This document shows, one piece after another, positions 1 through 9,829 of a stretch of DNA of 14,526 bases (the stretch's first letter is position 1; each line of letters opens with the position of its first letter). The position numbers and the translations under genes were made by a program. Source of the stretch: Amoebidium appalachense (taxonomy: Eukaryota; Protista; Ichthyosporea); the NCBI GenBank assembly GCA_963693365.1, contig CAVNZM010000072.1:1-14526 (forward strand), in the 5' to 3' direction. The notes beneath the pieces were generated by a model. That model saw nothing but the letters and a program-made list of their open reading frames with translations, made no database searches and was not told the origin of the DNA.

Positions 1-1000
1 TACATCAGCAAACTTCCCGGCGGTATTGCCAATATTGTGAGGCTATTATCTATTGCCAATATCGTAAAAATACCAGATTAATACTGAAGTAATATCAATT
101 ATCCATTGCCAATGTATTGCGAGTAGAGATTTTCTGTGGTAGAGACGCTATAGAAGTGTAATAGAACTGTAATATTGACGTAATATCGGCAACATATTTT
201 GATATTATTGTCATACCATGCCGGGTCTACCACCAATAACTATATACCGTATGAGTAATGTACTGGCAATATCTCAAAACGCGTGTACGTGTGCCTATTA
301 ACAATACAATTTCGATATTGTCAATGTATTTATTCGGTATTATACTATTGCTTGCGGAGTATTGTCAATAAGTTATGAATATATAAAATGTAGGATAATT
401 TTGTGTCAAATTATGGTATTGTCCAACGTGGCAAGACTATTGCCAATATATTATGAATGTATTATTCCTGACCATTTTGGGTTATTGGCAATATACCCAA
501 CACATATGTCCCATATGGCCGATACAAACATAACGTCGCTATTGGTTATAGGGTTGTGATATGCTTATAATAGGGTCTCAATACGGTCCAAATGTATTGC
601 CAATGTATCCGTCACAATATCAAGACTATTATGCACCTATTATCAATAGGTAAAAGCAACCGAAAATATGGGGCGTGTATTTTATTGCCAATATATTGGT
701 ACAATATTGGGGATGAAAGAACAGGTCACTTTACCTATGTAGTTGCAATATTGTGAATGTATTGCCAACACATGTTCAACAAACATGTTCGGAGTGTAGT
801 CCTTGTATGCGCAGTACATTGCTAATACCGTGGTATTAGGGTGGACATATACTGACATTATGTAGATCATATCCTACCCATATCACATCCATATTAGTAG
901 GACATAAACATGATATAGCAAGAAAACTTTTATCCTATTGCGAATATCTAAGGCACAAGTGGTCTTGGCAATGTCACGAATACATCTATAATACTGTCAC
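1..1000. repeat. AT-rich region with dispersed quasi-palindromic ATTG(C/G)CAAT motifs (left arm; possible transposon subterminal repeats)
   Basis: Exact ATTGCCAAT at 25, 52, 105, 439, 596, 684 and ATTGGCAAT at 484, plus one-mismatch variants (ATTGTCAAT 317 and 361, ATTGCCAAC 761). No credible ORF. The right boundary is approximate. Confidence 0.7.
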
Positions 1001-1239
1001 CAATACGGACACAGCTAAGGACACCATATATTGGTTATAGTCTCAGTATATACTGCCAGTATGTTCGAATGCGAACAAATCATTACGTAGGAGGTACTAT
1101 TGGAAAACAGATATAATAGCCACATGGGACCGACACGTAGCAGGGGAACCATGAGCGTTAAGTTATAGTTTTATCATGGGAAAATATGCAAGTAGCCGCG
1201 TGAGGTATGACTGTGGAATGCATCGATAATCAAGTACTG

Positions 1240-1380
1240 TCACCCGATTGGCTCAATAGGTTTATTGGAACCGTGAAGCCATGGGACAGAACCGGAACCG
1301 ATGTGATTGGCCTCGTAGCCAAAAAGCACATACCGATGCGCATGTCTGAGCCGCTGTGCGAGCTCCGTTATAAGGGCATG
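1240..1380. promoter_or_regulatory. Promoter-like patch: two reverse CCAAT (NF-Y-type) boxes and a weak TATA-like element
   Basis: GATTGGCT at 1246-1253, GATTGGCC at 1305-1312 and TATAAG at 1369-1374, in a locally GC/CpG-richer stretch. Motif evidence only. Confidence 0.25.
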
Positions 1381-1840
1381 TCGGGGGCTTCAGAGCGGAC
1401 TTAGTGTGCTCGGCTTACTAGGTGTAAGTAGGACTAGCACGTAACTAAGCAAAGCGTGGTCTAGTCAACCCCGTTCATTTATAAACATATTGTTTGTCAC
1501 AGACACACGATCTTATTATACAACAACTATCAATATACTACCAGTACCTGTACGATATACACACGTCAAATACAATACATTTGCAGTATAATATGGGTGC
1601 ATTTCCGTACCAAGATTGAGAAGGGCAACGGCCATAACAAGTGGTCCTCACGTTTTTAGCACCTCAAAATATAAAAGTTCTTTGTTTTGAATACTGTTCC
1701 TGGGGAAGATGTTCCCGTGGTCCGTGGTACAAACGTCACCGAACGTCCTACCATTAAACCTTTCACCAGCCTACATCCTGTGTAAGCGGTAGGGTATAAA
1801 ACTTGAAGTAGCATAAAGGATAATACAGGAAAGTAATGAC

Positions 1841-1842
<2 letters not shown>

Positions 1843-1886
<44 letters not shown>

Positions 1887-1899
1887 CCCAACCCAACCC
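1843..1899 (+). repeat. Poly-C tract (C42) followed by (AACCC)3
   Basis: Read directly: C run 1843-1884, then aacccaacccaaccc. Confidence 0.95.
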
Positions 1900-2162
1900 T
1901 AAAAAAAATATAAAAAAAACCTGGAGGAATAGAGTAAAAATTCTGAAATGCAAATCTAAGAGAACTCGCAGTCCCTACACACGTCCCCGAGACGCATCAA
2001 AGTTTACAGCATCCCCCCCCTCCTCCCCCTCCATTTTGTTTTAGTCCTATGTCTTTATGCCCCCTTGTTACTTGCAATACTTTTCTTTCTTCGAAACATC
2101 CCTCACTCCCCTCACCCCCTTCCCCCCCAAACCCATCACCACGGACGCTGCCAGTGTAACCA

Positions 2163-2164
<2 letters not shown>

Positions 2165-2257
<93 letters not shown>

Positions 2258-2288
2258 CCACCCACCCATGCATACACGCACACACACA
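2165..2288 (+). repeat. (CA)n microsatellite
   Basis: About 90 bp of perfect CA repeat (2165-2254) with a degenerate tail. Confidence 0.97.
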
Positions 2289-2451
2289 AACTTCCCCTTC
2301 TTCCTCTCAACTCTCTACCCTCTTTTACGTTTCACTGTGTGTTTCCTCTCTCGTTCTAGCACCAGTTTTGCTAACCGTTACAAACTTCACCTACTCTTGT
2401 TCAAGCCTCGACTGGTTGCTGAAGTCACCTCCTTTCCTTGTCCTTTTATGA

Positions 2452-2789
2452 CCCCCCCCCACCCCCTCCTCTCCCCTCCCCCCCTCCCTCCCCCCCCCCC
2501 TCCCTTCCCGACTGAAGCCTTAGTCTGTACTGAATAATCTCTGTCTTGTGACCCACCCTCTCGTCCTTCACCCCCCCCCCCCCCCCCCCCCCCCCCTTCT
2601 TCCTGCCCGGTTCCCCCCATACCTGTTCGCCTCGATTACTTGCAGTATTTCTTCTTATCCCTCCCCGATAACTATTAATTTTTTTCCCTCTTCTCCCATT
2701 GATCCTGTTTTGGTCCTGTGTCCCTCTATTCCAATGTCCTTTGCGATGCTTTGCTTCTTTGGCTGCCACCCTCGAATGCACACATCATC

Positions 2790-2831
<42 letters not shown>

Positions 2832-2953
2832 TTCCCTCTCGTTCCAGCGCCGGTTTTACCCATTATGGACTTAACCTGCTTTTGCTCAAGCCTCCACATG
2901 TCTGAAATTCTACCCCTTTCTCTCGTACTCTTTACCACCCCCCCCCCCCCCCC
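2452..2953 (+). repeat. Cluster of poly-C / C-rich tracts in pyrimidine-rich low-complexity DNA
   Basis: C-rich runs at about 2452-2505, 2571-2596, 2791-2831 (C41) and 2938-2953. Confidence 0.9.
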
Positions 2954-2989
2954 TCTTGTCCTCCTACTACCCCTCTCCCCCCAAAAAAA

Positions 2990-3004
2990 CACACACGCAC
3001 ACAG

Positions 3005-3038
<34 letters not shown>

Positions 3039-3179
3039 AACACACACAGCATTCGACACCGTCCAATCTTGTTCTCACCAAGGCATCCACATGCTCGCAC
3101 ACAATGCAAAAACATGCACTCCAAAAACATGCACTCACACACACGCACGCACATGCACACCGGGACACACACACACACC

Positions 3180-3245
<66 letters not shown>

Positions 3246-3472
3246 ACACACACACGACGTACACAGACATGCTCACACACACAAACACACAACACACACA
3301 CACACACATACAGAGAGACACACACACATATGCACACACACGGTGCATTTCCTCCCCTCCCCTTCCCTCTCCACAGAGCACACACACACACACACGTGCA
3401 CACATGCACACACACGGTGCATCCCCCCCCCCCCCTTCCCTCTCAACTGAGCACATACACACACACATACAT

Positions 3473-3517
<45 letters not shown>

Positions 3518-3661
3518 CACACATGCACACATGCACGGACACGAATCCCCCCCCTTGCCCTTCCCTCTCCACCGAGCACATGCACACATGCACAGACATG
3601 CACATACACACACACACCACACACGACGCACACAGACATGCACACACAGACAAACACACAA

Positions 3662-3719
<58 letters not shown>

Positions 3720-4189
3720 CACACACACGGTGCATTTCCCCCCTCCCCTTCCCTCTCCACAGAGCACACACACACACACGTGCACACATGCACACACACG
3801 GTGCATCCCCCCTCTCCCCCCCCTTCCCTTTCAACTGAGCACATACACACACACAGACATACACACACACACAACATACACAGACATCCACACATCAGAC
3901 ACAGACACGCATACACACACACACACACACACATGCACATATGCACACACAGACACACACACATGCACATGTACACTCACACATGCACACACGCACACAC
4001 GCAAACACGCACATACACACACACATACAGATATGCACACACACACACAGTCTCTCTCTCTTTCTCTCCCTCCCTCCCTCCCTCCCTCCCCCCTCCCTCC
4101 CTCCCTCCCAACCATCCCTCCCTCCCTCCCTCCGTCCCTCCCTCCCTCCCTCCCTCCCTCCCTCCCTCCCTCCCTCCCTCCCTCCCTCC

Positions 4190-4234
<45 letters not shown>

Positions 4235-4480
4235 ACACACATGCACATGCACATGCACATGCACATGCACACTCACATATGCACTCACACACACACGCAA
4301 ACACACACACACACACACACACATACAGACATGCACACTCTCTCTCTTTCTCTCTTTCTCTCCCTCCCTCCCCCCCCTCCCTCCCCCCCTCCCTCCCTCC
4401 CTCCCTCCCAACCCTCCCTCCCTCCCTCCCTCACACATACACACATACACACACACGTACACACGTACACACGTACACAT
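2990..4480 (+). repeat. Compound microsatellite block: (CA)n, (CACATG)n, (CT)n, (CCCT)n with internal duplications
   Basis: Long CA runs interleaved with a recurring cassette CGGTGCAT-C-rich-CTTCCCTCTCCACAGAGCACA. (CCCT)n arrays at about 4066-4190 and 4361-4431. Confidence 0.95.
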
Positions 4481-4678
4481 ATAACCCTCTCTTCTCTTAT
4501 GTAGTATCGTAGGAACGCTTGACAAAGGTACTACACGGGTGTTGGTTGGATGATGACAGTACATGTACCAGTGGGATAGATGCGGTTTACTCCAGGCAAT
4601 GTACCAGTGTGTCGATTGATTTAGCTAATATTAGATCTATGTTTAGCTGTGTGTTGTTTTTTCTCCTTTTTGTATTTA

Positions 4679-4800
4679 AGGCCTGGCCGGCCTCATAAAA
4701 TGCTATCTAATCTTACTCGAGATCGAGCTTTTTTGGCCTTGAAGGCCGATCTTAATAAAGTACTGTGAATGTGTCCCCTGATGAGGGACTCTAGTCGATA
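4679..4800 (+). other. Cluster of short hairpins plus AATAAA; possible 3' end remnant of a non-LTR retroelement or of a transcript
   Basis: CTCGA-GA-TCGAG at 4716-4727, GGCCTT-G-AAGGCC at 4735-4747, AATAAA at 4754-4759 and GTCCC-CTGATGA-GGGAC at 4773-4789. Confidence 0.25.
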
Positions 4801-4815
4801 TATCTGCAAAACGAC

Positions 4816-4890
4816 CCCCCCCCCCCCCCCCCCCCCCCCTTAAACACACACACACACACACGCACACACACACACACAAACACAAAAACA
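4816..4890 (+). repeat. Poly-C tract followed by (CA)n
   Basis: Read directly from the sequence. Confidence 0.9.
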
Positions 4891-5108
4891 AACAAAAAAG
4901 AAAGAAAAAAAGAGCGAGAGAATCCTTGTTTCTCGTATGTTACCAGCACGTAAGCAAGTATTTTATTCATTCACAATACATTGTTAGGTATGTGTAGTAT
5001 ATTATGGTGTTATTATTTTTTGGTTTACAATATGGTGTCCACATTCCCAATATATCGTTATTGTCGACCAACTACTATGGTAGTGTAATGCTATGATGAC
5101 AATTTGTG

Positions 5109-7603
5109 CATGCGTTACTTATAAGCATCGGGTTTTTTCACTAACTACCCACAGAGTAGCTTCTAGCACGATAAATTCACCACAAATTATAAGGGGAGAT
5201 GGTGAATGTGCCCTTGGAGTACGAGGGCCACACGAAAAAAACACAACGTTGTAGCTCGAATAGAACCCCCCTTGTAGCATAGTATATGTACATGTGTTAC
5301 TTACACATTATTGGTTTTTTCAATAACTACCCACAGAACAGCTTCTAGCACGAGACATTTACCACACAGTTTATGGGGGGGATGGTGAATGTGCCCCTGG
5401 AGTACGAGGGTCACACGAAAAAAACACAACGTTGTAGCTCGAATAGAACCCCCCTTGTAGCATAATATTTGTACATGTGTTACTTACACATTATTGGTTT
5501 TTTCAATAACTACCCACAGAACAGCCTCTCGCACGAGAAATTTACCACAAAGTTTATGGGGGGGATAGTGAATGTGCCCCTGGAGTACGAGGGTCACACG
5601 AAAAAAACACAACGTTGTAGCTCGAATAGAACCCCCCTTGTAGCATAATATATGTATATGTGTTACCTAGACATTATTGGTTTTTTCAATAACTACCCAC
5701 AGAACAGCTTCTAGCACGAGACATTTACCACACAGTTTATGGGGGGGATGGTGAATGTGCCCCTGGAGTACGAGGGTCACACAAAAAAAACACAACGTTG
5801 TAGCTCGAATAGAACCCCCCTTGTAGCTGATAATATATGTACATGTGTTACTTACACATTATTGGTTTTTTCGATAACTACCCACAGAACAGCTTCTAGC
5901 ACGAGACATTTACCACACAGTTTATGGGGGGGATGGTGAATGTGCCCTTGGAGTACGAGGGTCACACGAAAAAAACACAACGTTGTAGCTCGTATAGAAC
6001 CCCCTTTGTAGCATAGTATATGTCCATGTGTTACCTAGACATTTTTGGGTTTTTCAATAACTACCCACAGAACAGCCTCTAGCACGAGAAATATACCAAA
6101 ACGTTTATGGGGGGGGATGGTGAATGTGCCCCTGGAGTACGAGGGGCACACGAAAAAACCACAATGTTGTAGCTCGTATCGAACCCCCCTTGTAGCATAG
6201 TATATGTACATGTGTTACCTAGACATTATTGGTTTTTTCAATAACTACCCACAGAACAGCTTCGAGCACGAGACATTTACCACACAGTTTATGGGGGGGA
6301 TGGTGAATGTGCCCCTAGAGTACGAGGGTCACACAAAAAAAACACAACGTTGTAGCTCGAATAGAACCCCCCCTGTAGCATAATATATGCACATGTGTTA
6401 CTTACACATTATTGGTTTTTTCGATAACTACCCACAGAACAGCTTCTAGCACGAGACATTTACCACACAGTTTATGGGGGGGATGGTGAATGTGCCCCTG
6501 GAGTACGAGGGTCACACGAAAAAAACACAACGTTGTAGCTCGTATAGAACCCCCCTTGTAGCATAGTATATGTACATATGTTACCTAGACATTATTGGTT
6601 TTTCAATAACTACCCACAGAACAGCCTCTAGCACGAGAGATTTACCAAAAAGTTTATGGGGGGGATGGTGAATGTGCCCCTGGAGTACGAGGGTCACACG
6701 AAAAAAACACAACGTTGTAGCTCGTATAGAACCCCCCTTGTAGCATAGTATATGTACATAGTATGTTACCTAGACATTATTTGTTTTTCAATAACTACCC
6801 ACAGAACAGCTTCTAGCACGAGAAATTTACCACAAAGTTTATGGGGGGGATGGATAATGTGCCCCTGGAGTACGAGGGTCACACGAAAAAAACACAACAT
6901 TGTAGCTCGAATAGAACCCCCTTGTAGCATAGTATATGTTCATGTGTTACCTAGACATTATTGGTTTTTCAATAACTACCCACAGAACAGCTTCTAGCAC
7001 GAGACATTTACCACAAAGTTTATGGGGGGGATGGTGAATGTACCCCTGGAGTACAAGGGTCACACGAAAAAAACACAACGTTGTAGCTCGTATAGAACCC
7101 CCCTTGTAGCATAGTATATGTACATACGTTACCTAGACATTATTGGTTTTTCAATAACTACCCACAGAACAGCCTCTAGCACGAGAGATTTGCCACAAAG
7201 TTTATGGGGGGGATGGTGAATGTGCCCCTGGAGTACGAGGGTCACACAAAAAAAACACAACATTGTAGCTCGAATAGAACCCCCCTTGTAGCATAGCATA
7301 TGTACATGTGTTACCTAGACATTATTCGTTTTTTCAATAACTACCCACAGAACAGCTTCTAGCACGAGAACTTTACCACAAAGTTTATGGGGGGGATGGT
7401 GAATGTGCCCCTGGAGTACGAGGGTCACACGAAAAAAACACAACGTTGTAGCTCGTATAGAACCCCCTTTGTAGCATAGTATATGTACATAGTATGTTAC
7501 CTAGACATTATTGGTTTTTTCAATAACTACCCACATGCGGCATGTGTTACTTTCACGTTATTGGTTTCCTAGCACGGGATATTCAGCACACAGTTGGGGA
7601 TGT
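5109..7603. repeat. Tandem satellite array, ~183-bp monomer, 13 full copies plus degenerate ends
   Basis: The GGTTTTTTCAATAACTACCCAC landmark recurs at about 5131, 5313, 5496, 5679, 5864, 6047, 6231, 6414, 6597, 6782, 6963, 7145, 7327 and 7513. The first copy is diverged and the last is internally deleted. Confidence 0.97.
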
Positions 7604-7633
7604 GGGGGCAGTGTACACCTCAATATTGGTAAG

Positions 7634-7645
7634 GTGGTGGGTGGG

Positions 7646-7693
<48 letters not shown>

Positions 7694-7809
7694 CCACACA
7701 ACCAAAACTGTCGGTGTTACAAGTGGTTCGGTCTTAGGAAGTTAGAACGGTGATTTTTTAATTAATAGCGGGAAACAATATTATCCCCATTGCATATGGG
7801 GGGGAACGA

Positions 7810-7850
<41 letters not shown>

Positions 7851-8068
7851 TCACAACGAATTCTATCGACTGTGCATAATTAATGTATATTGCACATGTA
7901 GCCTGAAAGATTAAAGTGAATGTGTGTATGTATATGTGCGAGTATATTTGTGTATGCAATACATGTACAATGTATTCGTCTTTGTAGGTGGGTGGGTGGG
8001 GTGGGTGGGGGGGGGGGGGGGGGGGGGGGGGGGTGCGCGGGGGGGAAGAGGGAGGGGGGGGAGGGGGC
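7634..8068 (+). repeat. Poly-G tracts and (GGGT)n (G-quadruplex-capable)
   Basis: G44 at 7648-7691, G36 at 7813-7848, and GGGT repeats plus a G run at about 7986-8068. Confidence 0.92.
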
Positions 8069-8088
8069 ATCATGATCAGGGATAACAG

Positions 8089-8234
8089 GGTGTGTGCGTG
8101 TGTGCGCTTGTGTGTGCATGTGCTGTGTGTGTTGTGTAGGTGTGCGCCTGTGTGTGTGCGTGCCTGTGTGTGCGCGCCTGTGTGTGTGTGTGTGTGTGTG
8201 TGTGCAGTGTGCATGTGTGAGTGTGTGTGCGTGC

Positions 8235-8281
<47 letters not shown>
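8089..8281 (+). repeat. (GT)n microsatellite with embedded (GC)n
   Basis: Imperfect GT repeats with a GCGCGC run at about 8233-8249. Confidence 0.95.
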
Positions 8282-8282
<1 letters not shown>

Positions 8283-8439
8283 TTTCAAAGAAGTCGAAAG
8301 CGCCAGTGACACCCATGTTGAAAAAAAAGACAAGCAAGCACGCTAAGAAGGACAGCAAGAAGTAACAGAAACCCTTTCATGCCGAAAAAAATGGTCAAGA
8401 ACAAAGAAGTGGAGGACACGTAACTATAGTCTGATAGTT

Positions 8440-8600
8440 GTGACTAAGGGCACTAAGGGTAGCGCTAAGGGCACCCAGGCTGATGCACGCGCGCGCGCGA
8501 GCCGAAATCTATTTTTATCTTTTTCCTAATCAGGCGCGGCGAATAGTGATTGGCTAAATCCCAATCCGGTTTGCAATTTTTTCTCCATTTAAGCCTGTAC
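8440..8600. promoter_or_regulatory. CpG-rich promoter-like segment with CCAAT boxes
   Basis: Three CTAAGGG copies (8445-8471), a (CG)n run at about 8488-8499, GATTGGCT at 8548-8555 and CCAAT at 8561-8565. Confidence 0.3.
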
Positions 8601-8626
8601 GCACGTTGTTTTCTCCATTTCTCTTC

Positions 8627-8754
8627 CCCCTTCCCGCAGGTCCGCAGGTCCTTTCCCGCAGGTCGCCTGGTCGCAAGTCCCTTCCCGCAGGTCGCCTGGT
8701 CGCAGTTCCCTTCCCGCAGCGCCTGGTCACAGATCCCCTCCGCAGATCGCGCAG
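8627..8754 (+). repeat. ~29-bp minisatellite (TCCCTTCCCGCAGGTCGCCTGGTCGCA..)
   Basis: Units start at 8649, 8678, 8707 and 8734 (degenerate), with a partial copy at 8627. Confidence 0.85.
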
Positions 8755-8878
8755 CCACCGCGCTGATTGTTTTGGACCATGCTGCATGCTGCAGCTTCTT
8801 CTTGAAGGTTAGTTTTGTGTTGCCTGCTTTTGTGCATATGGCGTTTGTCTGTCTGGTCTGTGTCCGTCCTGTGATTAT

Positions 8879-8947
8879 GTCTGTGTCTGTGTCTGTGTGT
8901 GTGTGTGTGTATGTGTGTGTGCGTGCGTGCGTGCGTGTGCGTGTGTC
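8879..8947 (+). repeat. (GT)n/(GCGT)n microsatellite
   Basis: Read directly from the sequence. Confidence 0.9.
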
Positions 8948-9163
8948 TGCTGGCTGCAGATGCACGTTGCCTTTCACGTTCATGAACCAGCGACTGTGGG
9001 CACTACTTTGCTGTTAGCACTATAGCTATCGTCCCCTCCACCGATCGTTCAAGCTATTTTCTGCTTCTCTAGACTTCATAAGTTCTGGTCCGGGTTTCCG
9101 TCCTTACTATGTTTGAGGTTGGTTCTGTCGACTCTTTTTTTGCCACTCTCAGTCAGCCCCCTC

Positions 9164-9166
<3 letters not shown>

Positions 9167-9197
<31 letters not shown>

Positions 9198-9201
9198 CCC
9201 C
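9167..9201 (+). repeat. Poly-C tract
   Basis: Read directly from the sequence. Confidence 0.9.
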
Positions 9202-9310
9202 AACTTCTCGCAAGTAGGATGAGCTAATTCTTAGCTCGAGTTCCTTTACAGGTTTTGGCAAGGTTGGCCCATGAAGTCATCAGCAGCTATAAGGCTACGT
9301 TATCATCTAG

Positions 9311-9808
9311 AGGTGGGTACCGGCTCTTTGTCCTATGGCTGCTGTTGTTTCCGTTTTTCGTTTCATAGGTGGGTACCGGCTCTTTGTCCTGTTAAGGTAA
9401 ATAAAGTATGGAGGCAAGACCCTGTGGGTCTGGGGCTCTTTGTCCTATGGCTGCTGTTGTTTCCGTGTTTCGTTTCTGTGTTGCTCTTATAGCACATGAA
9501 TGATCATGTGCATGTTTAGCACCCATAGGTGGGTACCGGCTCTTTGTCCTGTTAAGGTAAATAAAGTATGGAAGCAAGACCCTGTGGGTCTGGGGCTCTT
9601 TGTCCTATGGCTGCTGTTGTTTCCGTGTTTCGTTTCTGTGTTGCTCTTATAGCACATGAATGATCATGTGCATGTTTAGCACCCATAGGTGGGTACCGGC
9701 TCTTTGTCCTGTTAAGGTAAATAAAGTATGGAGGCAAGACCCTGTGGGTCTGGGGCTCTTTGTCCTATGGCTGCTGTTGTTTCCGTGTTTCGTTTCTGTG
9801 TTGCTCTT
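9311..9808. repeat. 160-bp tandem repeat, ~2.8 near-identical copies plus a ~55-bp deleted copy
   Basis: ATAGGTGGGTACCGGC starts at 9365, 9525 and 9685. The array ends at GCTCTT 9808. A shortened copy lies at 9311-9364. Confidence 0.96.
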
Positions 9809-9829
9809 GGGGTGGTATATTAGTTGTGT

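Noticed and set aside
362-1404. Short ORFs in the left AT-rich arm (and 9660-10096 on the right)
   Set aside because: They are 60-110 aa with no motifs, as expected by chance in motif-repeat DNA.
1885-1905. Telomere-like repeat (AACCC)3-TAAAA
   Set aside because: Only three copies next to a poly-C run, and not a proper (TAACCC)n array.
4773-4810. Hammerhead ribozyme (CTGATGA...GTCGATATATC)
   Set aside because: The conserved GAAA reads GATA and no stem I can form between the upstream GTCCC and the downstream TGCAA. At best a dead remnant.
1656-4891. Long ORFs, including 588 aa at 2718-4484 and many HT/CV/poly-P/poly-G ORFs
   Set aside because: They are translations of (CA)n, (CCCT)n and poly-C tracts that lack stop codons in several frames. 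No domain content.
5131-7535. Regularly spaced array as a CRISPR locus or tandem RNA-gene cluster
   Set aside because: Whole monomers repeat with no unique spacers and no cas genes. I recognised no 5S, tRNA or snRNA motifs.
7511-9017. ORFs at 7762-8358, 7988-8365, 8465-8983 and 8550-9017, including a Lys-rich stretch near 8285-8420
   Set aside because: Mostly microsatellite or minisatellite read-through. The Lys-rich piece is short, stop-interrupted and unidentifiable.
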